64,000 bases of DNA from Candidatus Fervidifonticultor tertius (lineage in GTDB: Bacteria > Sysuimicrobiota > Sysuimicrobiia > Sysuimicrobiales > Humicultoraceae): contig JAVKIY010000007.1 in assembly GCA_031459235.1 (NCBI GenBank), forward strand, positions 200 to 64,199. Direction: 5' to 3'. This document shows, one piece after another, positions 1-8,315 of this stretch (the first letter of the stretch is position 1; each line of letters begins with the position of its first letter). Under the pieces are notes generated by a model. The model searched no databases and was not told the origin of the DNA. It saw nothing but the letters and a program-made list of their open reading frames with translations. The position numbers and the translations under genes are program-made.

Positions 1-401
1 GACCTCGAGCCCCGTCCGAGCGAATAAGAGCCTGAGGCCAAGGGGGGTGAAGCGGAAGTAGTCATCGCCATGAAAGGGGTGCATGAACGGCACCTATACC
101 AAGATCCGTCCAGCGGGCTTCAGCACCCGCTCCACCTCGCGCAGCGCGGCGAGCGGATCGTGGAAGTGCTCGAGGCTGTCGCAACTCAAAACGACGTCGA
201 AGATCCCGTTTGTGAACGGCAGCGTGTTGCGTCTCCCGCCACGCGCCAGCCGGTCCCGCCGGGGCGGAGGTCGACGTTCACATAGCGGTAGCCCAAACCC
301 TCGACGCGGGCGCGCAGCGCCCCCGATCCACCGCCGAGGTCGAGCAAAAGGCCCTCCCCGCGCGGCAGACGCGACAGCACCCACCTCTTATCCGATGACA
401 C
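1..401 (-). pseudogene. Class I SAM-dependent methyltransferase (type 11), disrupted; 3' end runs off the window
   Basis: N-terminal frame from GTG at 401 gives LLLDLGGGSG (SAM motif I). The homologous sequence continues in another frame (LPFTNGIFDVVLSCDSLEHFHDP...VLKPAGRILV), consistent with a 1-nt deletion near 222-226 (ACACGC-TGCCG). An in-frame TAG lies at 91-93 between RILV and VPFMHPFHGDDYFRFTPLGL. Confidence 0.7.
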
Positions 402-503
402 GACTGCCAGCCCCGAGTTTCCGTCCGACCGTCATCCTGACCCCCGGAAGGCACGTGACCTGACTGCTGAACACGACCGGTGCCTCGAGGACGTGTACCG
501 CCC

Positions 504-905
504 GTGAGCGTCTTCATCGACACGTCGGCGTTCCTGGCGGTCCTCGACGCGGACGACCGGTTCCACCAGCAGGCCCGCGGTATCTGGGAGCGGCTGTTGA
601 CCGGTGCGGAAGATCTCCTCTGCACCAACTATGTCCTGGTCGAGACCGTGGCCCTCGCGCAGCGGCGGCTCGGGTTGGAGGCGGTGCGGGCGCTGGAAGA
701 GGACGTCCTTCCGCTCATCAAAGTAGTCTAGCTCGACGAGAGCCACCACCGCGCCGGGATGGCCGCGCTTGCGACCGCAGGCCGGCGCGACCTCACCTTC
801 GTGGACTGCGTCAGCTCTCTCGTCATGAGGGGGTCCGGGGTCAAGACCGTCTTCGCCTTCGACGAGGGTTTCCGCCGCCAGGGGTTCGCCATACTGCCTG
901 GCTGA
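504..905 (+). pseudogene. VapC-like PIN-domain toxin interrupted by a single in-frame TAG (729-731)
   Basis: GTG at 504 gives SVFIDTSAF...LVETVAL...LIKVV, then TAG, then the same frame continues LDESHHRAG...DLTFVDCVS...VFAFDEGFRRQGFAILPG and stops at TGA 903-905. All four PIN acidic positions (D, E, D, D) are present. The TAG sits where PIN proteins commonly have W (TGG). Confidence 0.65.
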
Positions 906-911
906 CGTTCC

Positions 912-941
912 CGTGCACCACCACGCCGACGGTGGGGGCAC
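912..941. terminator. Hairpin between the convergent vapC remnant and the tyrosine kinase gene (possible bidirectional terminator)
   Basis: CGTGC-A-CCACC acgccgac GGTGG-G-GCACG inverted repeat in the 57-nt convergent spacer. No clear U-tract. Confidence 0.3.
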
Positions 942-962
942 GTCTCAACCTCTCGTTGCGCG

Positions 963-3182
963 TCACCTGTCCGCGCCGGCCGCCGCCTCTTCGCGCGCGT
1001 ACGGGTAGTACCGGTAGTAGTAATACCCCCGCCCGTTGGCCGGCACGTTGGTCACCACCACCCCCGCCACCCTCGCGCCCACGGCCCGCAGCTGCGCGGC
1101 GACCCGGCGGGCGGCGTCGCGGGGCGTGCGGGCGAGGTGGACCACCAGCAAGACCCCGTCCACGTGGGGGGCCAGAGCCACGGCGTCGCTCACCGGCAGC
1201 ACGGGCGGCGCATCCAGGACCACGGCGTCGGCCCGCTCGCGGGCGGCGGCGAGGAACGCCCGCATGCGCTGGCTGCCGAGGAGTTCAGCGGGGTCGGGCG
1301 GCAGGGTACCGGCGGGCAAGAACGACAGGTTCTCGATCTGCGTGGGGGCGAGGGCGCCGGCGGGCTCGACCCCTTCGATCAGCACGTCGGAGAGGCCGCG
1401 AGTGCCCAACGGTTGGAACGCCCACGACATCCCGGGTTTGCGCAGATCGGCCTCGACCATCCACACGCGGCGGCCACCCAGGGCCAGGGCCGCAGCCAAG
1501 TTGGCGGCGACGGTGCTCTTGCCTTCCTCCGGGCCGGTGCTGGTGACGAGCACCGTCCGCAGCGGGCGGTCGGGGCTCAGGTAGACGAGGTTGGTGCGCA
1601 GGTGGCGGAAGGCCTCGGCGAAGGGCGAGCGGCGGTGCTCGGCGCTCATGAGCGGTATGGTCGCGGCCGAACTACCGCCCCTGGCCCGCCGACCGTTGCG
1701 GCGGCCCCGGCCGGCGCCGTTGCCCGACGCTTCAACCGAGGGCGGGTTCGTCCGCGGGATCGCGGCCAGCAGCGGCAGGCCCAGCACCTGCGCCGCCTCT
1801 TCGGGCGTGCGAAACGTGTCGTCGAGCGCCTCCGCCAGGTACGCGCCGCCCAGCCCGACGACCAAGCCCAGCAGCGCGCCGAACAGCATGTTCCGCAGCG
1901 GCCGCGGCCGCACCGGCACCTCAGGCGGCTCCGCGCGGTCCACGACGCGCAGGTCGCCGACGACCGACGACTCGGCGATGCGGGCTTCCTGCAGCTTCTG
2001 CGAGAGGAGCAGATAGGTCTCCTCAGCGACCTTGAGGTCTCGCGTGAGGCGGGCCAGGGCCACCTCGCGGGGCGGCAGGTCTCGCACGTCGCGGACGTAC
2101 TGGCCCACGACCGCGGCCAGGGCGGCCTCGCGGGCCTGCAGGGCCTGGCGCTCGACCTCAAGCTTGATGATCTGGCCGGCCAGGTCGGAGCGCAGGGGGT
2201 TGGCCGCGAACTCCTGCGAGAGCAGCGTCCGGCCGGCCTGCCGGCGCAGGCGGGTCTTGGCTTCCTCGATGCGCGCCCGGGTCGCGAGCACCTGCGGGTG
2301 GCGGTCGGTGAACTGTCGTCGCAGACCCACCAGCTCCAGCTCGAGCCTCGCCAGGTCACCGCGGACCTGGGCGACCACGGGGTCTTCGCCCTCGACGAAC
2401 GACGCGGGCACGGTAGGGGCCTGGCGCGCCAGCGCGGCCCGGGCCTCGCGCAGACTGGCTTCGACCCCTCGGCGCTCCGTGGCCACCGCTCGCCGCTGGG
2501 CTTCGAACTCGGCCAGTTTGGTCACCGCCAGCGTGCTCTGCTCCGACAGCGAGACCTGTCCGGCCCCCACCTTGTAGCGGGCCAGGGTGTCCTCAGCGGC
2601 GCGCAGCTCGCGGCTGACGGTCTCGACCTGGCCCTCGATGAACTGTCGGCCGGCTGAGGCCTGCTTGCGCCGCGATTCCACGTGCCAATCGAGCATGGCC
2701 TCGGCCACGGCGTTGGTGTAGAGGGCCGCGTCCTGTGGCGTGGCGCCTTCGGCTTCGATGACGATGAGGTCAACGTTGCGCACGCGGCGCACCCGCAGGC
2801 TGGTCTGGAGCGCGCGCAGCGCGGCGGGCCGGGCTTCCTCGGAGACACCCAGGCGCAGGAGGGCCTGCTCGGCCACGGCCCGACTCTTGACCAGTTCGGC
2901 CAGGGTGTCTACGAAGGCCTGCTGGCTGATGCCCGTCAGGTCGGCGGTCATGGCGAACGACGAGCCGCTGCGGTCGACCACCACGGTAGCCTGGCCGCGG
3001 TAGACGGGCGCCATGCCCAGGCTCAGACCCAGCGCCACCAAGAATGCCACGGCGGTGGTGATCGCCAGCAGCCACCATCGCCGGCGCAACGCATCCAGAT
3101 GCTCGCGCAGGCCGGGCTCGGCCTGGGGCTCAGGGGGCAGTAGTCCACCGGGCCGCTCGACATCGGTGCGCTCAGAACCCAT
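963..3182 (-). CDS. Polysaccharide co-polymerase / tyrosine autokinase (Wzc/EpsG-like BY-kinase)
   Basis: 739-aa ORF. N-terminal Wzz-like region with a TM segment and long coiled coil. Walker A (GPEEGKST), A' (VWMVEADLRKP) and B (VVLDAPP) are present. C-terminal Tyr cluster GRGYYYYRYYPY. Confidence 0.9.
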   Translation of the reverse strand: MGSERTDVERPGGLLPPEPQAEPGLREHLDALRRRWWLLAITTAVAFLVALGLSLGMAPVYRGQATVVVDRSGSSFAMTADLTGISQQAFVDTLAELVKSRAVAEQALLRLGVSEEARPAALRALQTSLRVRRVRNVDLIVIEAEGATPQDAALYTNAVAEAMLDWHVESRRKQASAGRQFIEGQVETVSRELRAAEDTLARYKVGAGQVSLSEQSTLAVTKLAEFEAQRRAVATERRGVEASLREARAALARQAPTVPASFVEGEDPVVAQVRGDLARLELELVGLRRQFTDRHPQVLATRARIEEAKTRLRRQAGRTLLSQEFAANPLRSDLAGQIIKLEVERQALQAREAALAAVVGQYVRDVRDLPPREVALARLTRDLKVAEETYLLLSQKLQEARIAESSVVGDLRVVDRAEPPEVPVRPRPLRNMLFGALLGLVVGLGGAYLAEALDDTFRTPEEAAQVLGLPLLAAIPRTNPPSVEASGNGAGRGRRNGRRARGGSSAATIPLMSAEHRRSPFAEAFRHLRTNLVYLSPDRPLRTVLVTSTGPEEGKSTVAANLAAALALGGRRVWMVEADLRKPGMSWAFQPLGTRGLSDVLIEGVEPAGALAPTQIENLSFLPAGTLPPDPAELLGSQRMRAFLAAARERADAVVLDAPPVLPVSDAVALAPHVDGVLLVVHLARTPRDAARRVAAQLRAVGARVAGVVVTNVPANGRGYYYYRYYPYAREEAAAGADR

Positions 3183-4668
3183 AGGTCGCCTCCCACAGAA
3201 TGAACCAGCCCTGGTGAGTCGCGCCGGCGACGTGCCCGGCGTTGGACGCGGTACTCCAGACCGCGGTCAGGGCCGCGCGCAGGTCGCCCGCAGACCACCA
3301 GGCCGCAGCGCGCAGGGCGTGCGTGGTCTCGACCACACCGGACAGGTAGTAGCGCCGCCACGCGTTGGCGGGGTCGGTCCAGGTCTCGCCCAGCCGTCCC
3401 TCGCCCTTGCGGATCAGGTCGTAGCCGACCAGCACGCCAGAGCGCGGGGACAGGCGCCTGGTTATGGCCGCCGACCACACCTCGCAGTCGGGCGCGCACC
3501 AGTGACCGATCGCCCGACTGCCGCGAATGGTGTGCGCGCCCGGCGCGGGCGCCGCGTAGATCCAGTTCGTCGCCCGGCTGTGTTCGACACGCAGACCGGT
3601 GCGGCCGTCGCCGAAGGGGTCGGCCAGGTACAGGCCCACGGTGCCGGCTGCACGGTGCGGGAAGGGGTTGTAGGGGTCGAAGACGACCAGATCGTCCACG
3701 TAGAGCTCGCCGTAGACCACCACCCCGGGCCGCGGCCGCCAGTCGGCGTCGAGGGTGAAGCTATAGTTGTCGCCGTAGGCGGCGCGCACATGGAGGGCGA
3801 TGGCGTAGGCGATCCCCGGAATGACGTTCAGGGCATACAGCGTCGAGGGCCCGCCGGCGCCGGCCATCACCTCGCCGAAGCCGATCCGCAGGTCGTCGCG
3901 CGCCTGCCAGTCCACCCGCAGCCCGTAGAGATACCGCTCGGGGTCAGCCAGCGACGCCACCAGCTTGACCACGCGGAACCGACCCGAGGTCAGCGCCAGG
4001 CTCAGGTAGCTGAGCGGCCCGGCGTTGTCGGAGAGCAGGAACGCGCCGCGGAAGCCCGGCCCCCACCAAACCGTGTCGCGGCCCGCCTGGAGCGCGACGT
4101 CACCGGCGCGCGCGCCGAGGGAGGCGCGGTCGAGATCGAGCCAGCCGACCTCTTGTCGCAGGAAGCGCGGAGCGGTGCCGCTTGCCGCGCGCACCCTACC
4201 GGCGGCACCGAGGGCCACACCCAGGGCCGCGCTGGTAGCAGCCCCGTGGGGCTGCCGGCCGGCATGCGCCTCCGCGAGCAAGCGCAGCTCGGCGGCGAAC
4301 TCATCGCGCAGCGCAGCCAGGTCGGCCTGCAGGGATTCCCGTGGCCGCGCGCCGACAGTTTGGGACTGGACCGCGCGCTCAAGCGCTTCGGCCACCATGC
4401 GCGCGACTTCGAGACGGGGCAGCGGTCGGGCTGAGGTAGCCCAAAGGGGCGCCAGCCCCGCGGCGGCCAGTCTGTAGAGGGCCGCGTAGGCCCAGTGGTC
4501 GGCGGCAACGGCGGCGTTGGGACGGGGCGCGGCCGCGCCGGGGTGGACGCCGGCGCTTGAGTGCGCGGCCGCGCCGGTGAGGAGGCCCAGCGCCAGGCCG
4601 GCAGCGACGGTCACGGCGGCCCATACGGCCGTGTTTCGGGTCTGATAGGCACCAGGCAGGGGCGTCAT
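3172..4668 (-). CDS. Wzi-like capsule-assembly outer-membrane beta-barrel protein with SLH-like N-terminal segment
   Basis: Signal-peptide-like start MTPLPGAYQTRNTAVWAAVTVAAGLALGLLTGAAAHS. DHWAYAALYRLAAAGL resembles an SLH motif. WWGPGFRGAFLLSDNAGPL resembles the Wzi family motif. C-terminal ...WEATYGF is typical of OMP barrels. An alternative GTG start lies at 4740. Confidence 0.6.
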   Translation of the reverse strand: MTPLPGAYQTRNTAVWAAVTVAAGLALGLLTGAAAHSSAGVHPGAAAPRPNAAVAADHWAYAALYRLAAAGLAPLWATSARPLPRLEVARMVAEALERAVQSQTVGARPRESLQADLAALRDEFAAELRLLAEAHAGRQPHGAATSAALGVALGAAGRVRAASGTAPRFLRQEVGWLDLDRASLGARAGDVALQAGRDTVWWGPGFRGAFLLSDNAGPLSYLSLALTSGRFRVVKLVASLADPERYLYGLRVDWQARDDLRIGFGEVMAGAGGPSTLYALNVIPGIAYAIALHVRAAYGDNYSFTLDADWRPRPGVVVYGELYVDDLVVFDPYNPFPHRAAGTVGLYLADPFGDGRTGLRVEHSRATNWIYAAPAPGAHTIRGSRAIGHWCAPDCEVWSAAITRRLSPRSGVLVGYDLIRKGEGRLGETWTDPANAWRRYYLSGVVETTHALRAAAWWSAGDLRAALTAVWSTASNAGHVAGATHQGWFILWEATYGF

Positions 4669-4872
4669 GAGTGCGCGCACGAGCCCGAACCCGACCTGGT
4701 GGTGGTCGGAGGGCCGCCGCGAAGTGGCGCCGAGCGCCACCCGGCCACGGCCGCCTCGATCGCTTCGCCCAACGCCGCACCCAGCTCTTGGCCCACTTCG
4801 TGTCCCACGCGCTTCAGCCAGGGCGCGACGCTACGCGGGTCCGACTCGTCCGCGTCGGCATTGACACCCCTC

Positions 4873-6168
4873 TTACCAGCGGAACGGCCAGGCGAGCCCC
4901 GCCAGGATGTTGAGGGCGATCTGCAGGCCCGTGAGCCCGGACTGGGGCACGACGATCACGTCGCCGGGTTGCACGGTGACATCCCGCGTCGCGCCGTTGC
5001 GCAGCAACATTTGCAGGTCGGCGCTGATCAGCGCCCGGCCGCCCGGCAAAGCCTCGACCCGGATGCCGCTGGCCGCGCCCGCCACCACCGCGCGCTCGAC
5101 GACACCCCCCCGCACGATGTGGATCGTGCGGGCCGTGGCCGGCCCGCGCTGCACCGGCCCGCCCGCCATGGCCACGGCCTGCAGCAGCGTGACCTCACCC
5201 TTGAGGGGGAAGACGCCGGGGCTGTTCACGTCGCCCAGCACGTAGATCTTGTTGTTGGTCTCTTCGGGCACGAGCAGCGTGTCGCCGGGGCGCAGGCGCA
5301 CGTTGTGGCTCATGTCCTGGCGCAGCAGCAGGGCGTCGAGCGCGAGACCGTGGGCCTGGCCGCCCCGCACCAGGCGCGCCGCGGTGACCGAGGCCCGCTC
5401 GGTGAGGCCGCCCGCTAGCAGCAACACGTCGAGCACGCGCATCTCACCCTTAAGGCGATAGCGACCCGGTTTGATAACCTCGCCGGCGACGTTGACGATG
5501 TTGATCAGATCCTCACGGACCACCAGCGCCTCGCCGCCGGTCAACTCCACGTTGGCCTCGGGGTCTCCGCCCAGCACGCGATCGAGGTCGACGGTGACCG
5601 GCGGCCTGCCGCCGCGCAGCAACTGGGCGTCGCCCAACGACGCCACCTCGGTGAGACCGCCCGCGGCCGAGATCAGGTCGAGCAGCCGCGCCCCGGGCGG
5701 CAGCGCGTAGGTGCCGGGCCTGGCCACCTGGCCCAGGACTGAGGCGCGCACCTTGCGGAACTCTTTGACGATCACCGTCACCTGCGGCTCGCGGATATAC
5801 CGCGCGAATCCCCGCACCAGCGTTCGGGTGAGCTGCTCGACGGTTTGACCGGCCGCCATCACGGCGCCGACCAGGGGCACGCTGATGCGGCCGTCGGGCA
5901 GCACGGCGACGACGCGCGTGAGGTCGGGGTATCCCCACACCGAGATTTCCAGCACATCTTCGGGGCCGAGCACGTAGGTGGAGGGGACCGCGCCAGGGGA
6001 CGACGTTCCCGGCGGCGGCGCCCCGGTCTGCGCCCACACGGGCGCGCCGCCGACGAGCAGCAGGCCGACCAGCACGGCCGCCGCCCGCGCGAGCGCGGCG
6101 CCGCGACCGGTTGCCCGATGCCAGGTCCGCCGGGCGGATGGAGACGTAGCAATCGCATGCTGCATCAT
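4873..6168 (-). CDS. Polysaccharide export protein (Wza/OPX family, Poly_export + SLBB domains)
   Basis: YVLGPEDVLEISVWGYPDL...LPDGRISVPLVGAVMAAGQTVEQL, followed by repeated SLBB-like segments. ATG at 6168 is preceded by GAGGAGG 8 nt upstream. Confidence 0.88.
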   Translation of the reverse strand: MMQHAIATSPSARRTWHRATGRGAALARAAAVLVGLLLVGGAPVWAQTGAPPPGTSSPGAVPSTYVLGPEDVLEISVWGYPDLTRVVAVLPDGRISVPLVGAVMAAGQTVEQLTRTLVRGFARYIREPQVTVIVKEFRKVRASVLGQVARPGTYALPPGARLLDLISAAGGLTEVASLGDAQLLRGGRPPVTVDLDRVLGGDPEANVELTGGEALVVREDLINIVNVAGEVIKPGRYRLKGEMRVLDVLLLAGGLTERASVTAARLVRGGQAHGLALDALLLRQDMSHNVRLRPGDTLLVPEETNNKIYVLGDVNSPGVFPLKGEVTLLQAVAMAGGPVQRGPATARTIHIVRGGVVERAVVAGAASGIRVEALPGGRALISADLQMLLRNGATRDVTVQPGDVIVVPQSGLTGLQIALNILAGLAWPFRW

Positions 6169-6239
6169 CGTGGGTAACCTCCTCGGGGTCTGCCGCTGTC
6201 GTGGCACCGTCTGTGCACTGCGGACGGTCGAGAAAGCCA

Positions 6240-6298
6240 GGAGGGGGCCGAGCGTCTGCGCACCGGGCACGGCGCGCATATGACGGTCGGCCCCCTCC
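6240..6298 (-). terminator. Strong intra-operon hairpin (candidate intrinsic terminator/attenuator) between the YezD-like gene and wza
   Basis: 12-bp perfect stem (G)GAGGGGGCCGA / TCGGCCCCCTC(C) enclosing about 35 nt. On the minus strand it is followed by UGGCUUUCUCG. Confidence 0.4.
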
Positions 6299-6394
6299 CG
6301 TCTCGTCGGGTCAGGGACCCGGTCTGGGGCTATTCGGTTGCGGTCCTGCGGTGCCTCGTTTCGGCGGGGGCGGACCCGCGCGGGTGCAGGCTTC

Positions 6395-6625
6395 CTACCT
6401 CAACTTCTCCTCCCGGACGATGTTCCCCGTCACCCGGATGAGCACCGGCACGCCGTCCTGGTACTCGATGACCAGCCTGACCTCTCGCGTGCCGAAATCC
6501 AGAGCCCAGTGGTTGCGAATGCACGCCACCAGCTTGGCCTCGCACGGCCGCAGGGCCTGCTCGCCGCCCGGCACCGTGACCGCCTCGGGGAGGATGCGGC
6601 CTGCTCGCGGAGGGGTCATGCTCAT
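6395..6625 (-). CDS. Small YezD-like (DUF2292-like) protein
   Basis: C-terminal FGTREVRLVIEYQDGVPVLIRVTGNIVREEKLR resembles the DUF2292 pattern (FG.v.i.i..G.vv.i....ek.r). GGAGG lies 6 nt upstream of the ATG at 6625. Confidence 0.5.
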   Translation of the reverse strand: MSMTPPRAGRILPEAVTVPGGEQALRPCEAKLVACIRNHWALDFGTREVRLVIEYQDGVPVLIRVTGNIVREEKLR

Positions 6626-6765
6626 CGCCGGCCTCCATGATCTTCGAGGCCCGGGCACAGCTCCGCCGCTGGGGTACGTTCCATTGGCCCCCGGTTACCC
6701 CTGAATTGTGCCGAGCACAACTGCATGTCCGGCGAGGCGGACCACCAGCCGGTGCCAGCCTCCAG

Positions 6766-7311
6766 TCAGCACCGTTCCAGGACCGCCTCGTCGACCTCCA
6801 CGACCACCGAGGTGCCCATCAACAACAGCAGCACCCGCACCCGATCGACCCGCCCAGCCTGCCGCTCGATGATGCCTTCCAGCAACGCGAACGGACCGCC
6901 GACGAACCGCACGCGATCGCCGGCCGCCAGCGGCCGGCCGGCGGCGATGTAGCCGTGCGCCACTTCGCGCGCCCTGAGATAGTCCACGATGTCGCGGTCA
7001 ATGGGAATCGGGCCGTCGTCATCGCCCAGCAGACAGCGGACGCCTGGCGTCCACCGTACCCGCGCGATGGCCTCGGGAACAGGCAGGAAATGGCAGAACA
7101 GGTAGCCCGGGAACAGCGGCTCCAGCGCGTGCCAACGCCGTGAGCCGTGACGCCTGCGCACCAGCAGGCGGGGTAGGAACGTCGGGACGTCGCTCCGATG
7201 GAGGAACTGCTGTGCCTGGTATTCGGCGCGGGGCTTTGTCTGGATGACAAACCAAGCGGCGCCGCCCGGACCGACCAGGGTAGGACCACCGCACGCGCCA
7301 GACGGCCCCAT
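6766..7311 (-). CDS. NusG-paralog transcription antiterminator (RfaH/LoaP/UpxY-like)
   Basis: NGN domain WFVIQTKPRAE...FLPRLLVRRRHGSRR...PLFPGYLFCHF. KOW-like GDRVRFVGGPFALLEGIIER...VRVLLLLMG. It is the first gene of the polysaccharide export cluster. Confidence 0.8.
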   Translation of the reverse strand: MGPSGACGGPTLVGPGGAAWFVIQTKPRAEYQAQQFLHRSDVPTFLPRLLVRRRHGSRRWHALEPLFPGYLFCHFLPVPEAIARVRWTPGVRCLLGDDDGPIPIDRDIVDYLRAREVAHGYIAAGRPLAAGDRVRFVGGPFALLEGIIERQAGRVDRVRVLLLLMGTSVVVEVDEAVLERC

Positions 7312-7824
7312 TGCCTCACAACTCGGGAAAGAGAGTATACTGGTGCAAGTTATTGACTCCCGCTATTCTGCGCCCGCCACAGAGTTCCTTCCATTCTCGC
7401 CGTGCCTCTGGTGCTGTTAAGCGCCGGGGGCCACCGGTCCCCCTCTGTGGAGGACCATCGATTGGATTGCCAGGGATTTCGTCTCCGACCAGTTGCTGAC
7501 CAGTCGCTGCGCAATTGGCGGGCCGAGGCGGCGCATCTGGAGTCGCTCGCCAGTCGCCCGCCCTGTCCGTACGTGCCGGAGGTGCGCCGTCGGATCTGAC
7601 GGCACGCCTATGGGGCCAATCGCTCCTCCGTGCCCTGGGCGGCGGCCGGCCGCGAGGTGTGGCCGGGCACGATCACGCCTAGGTACGCAGCCTCAGGTTA
7701 AGGTCCGGCGGCCACAGACGAGCCGGCCTATGCGGAGGTCGTCTGCGACCTTCTGGACCGAGAGGTGGAGGCTCGGCGCGCCCGGTCCCTGCGCACGTGA
7801 ATGCGGTCCCACCGAGGCGGGGAG

Positions 7825-7853
7825 TTTCTAATCGGCGCTCTGGGAAGATTCAA
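7825..7853 (-). promoter_or_regulatory. Candidate sigma-70 promoter for the NusG-paralog/EPS export operon
   Basis: On the minus strand: TTGAAT (7853-7848), 17-nt spacer, TAGAAA (7830-7825), in one of the few AT-richer patches. It would give a leader of about 500 nt. Confidence 0.35.
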
Positions 7854-7879
7854 ATCGGCGTTGACACACGGTCAGCGAA

Positions 7880-7910
7880 GCCGCCCGCAGCGCTCTCTAC
7901 GGCGGGCGGC
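7880..7910 (-). terminator. Hairpin downstream of the DUF971 gene (candidate terminator of the ispH-der-mutM-DUF971 unit)
   Basis: Perfect 9-bp stem GCCGCCCGC / GCGGGCGGC with a 13-nt loop, about 70 nt after the stop at 7977. No U-tract. Confidence 0.35.
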
Positions 7911-7976
7911 GACGCGTGCGAACCCGTGCCCGCCCTCCCGCCGCGAGGATCACGCCGAGCCTTACCAGCGTCGCGC

Positions 7977-8315
7977 TCAACCGGCGCGCGATCGTATGCA
8001 CTCCTCGCACTCGCACAGCTCGCCGCGCAGCGACCGGTACGTGTACAGCCCGGTGTTGTGGCCGTCCGACCACTCGAATCGCAGCGCGTACGCGCCGACC
8101 TTCGAGACGCTCATCGCGCGGATGTCCGGTCGGATGTCCTCCGGTCGCGGCCTGGGCGGTCGGTACCTCCACTCCCCGACGCAGTGTGCGCACGGGCAGT
8201 GGACGCGGAGGTGCCTCCACGTGTAGGTGGACCGGTGGCCGTCCGACCAGGTGATGGAGAATGACCGGTCGGTGGCGCTCCCCAGCTCGACCGGCACAGG
8301 CGTGCGCGGGCTCAT
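7977..8315 (-). CDS. DUF971 domain protein
   Basis: SFSITWSDGHRSTYTWRHLRVHCPCAHCVGE...YALRFEWSDGHNTGLYTYRSL matches the DUF971 pattern. The ATG at 8315 overlaps the mutM TGA (ATGA). Confidence 0.75.
   Translation of the reverse strand: MSPRTPVPVELGSATDRSFSITWSDGHRSTYTWRHLRVHCPCAHCVGEWRYRPPRPRPEDIRPDIRAMSVSKVGAYALRFEWSDGHNTGLYTYRSLRGELCECEECIRSRAG

Noticed and set aside
91-731. TAG stop-codon reassignment or pyrrolysine-type recoding as the explanation for the two in-frame TAGs
   Set aside because: TAG is used as a genuine terminator by several intact genes in the window: kbl, the FepC-like ATPase, the Fbp permease, the YezD-like gene and the partial livM. Long genes contain no internal TAG. 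The methyltransferase also has a frameshift, so ordinary decay is more likely.
7690-7740. RNase P RNA or SRP RNA. ACAGACGAGCCGGCCUAUG resembles the RNase P ACAGAACCCGGCUUAU element. AAGGUCCGG resembles SRP/RNase P motifs. GGUGCUGUUAAGCGCC at about 7409 resembles a Bacillus-type SRP Alu domain.
   Set aside because: The partner elements are missing: no GAGGAAAGUCCGGGC and no GGAAGCAG with a GNRA loop. The two look-alike motifs are adjacent instead of about 300 nt apart, and they simply form a local hairpin.
7312-7976. tmRNA (ssrA) in the large intergenic region
   Set aside because: No tRNA-like T-arm (GGUUCGAnUCC), no ...UCCACCA 3' end, and no plausible tag ORF on either strand.
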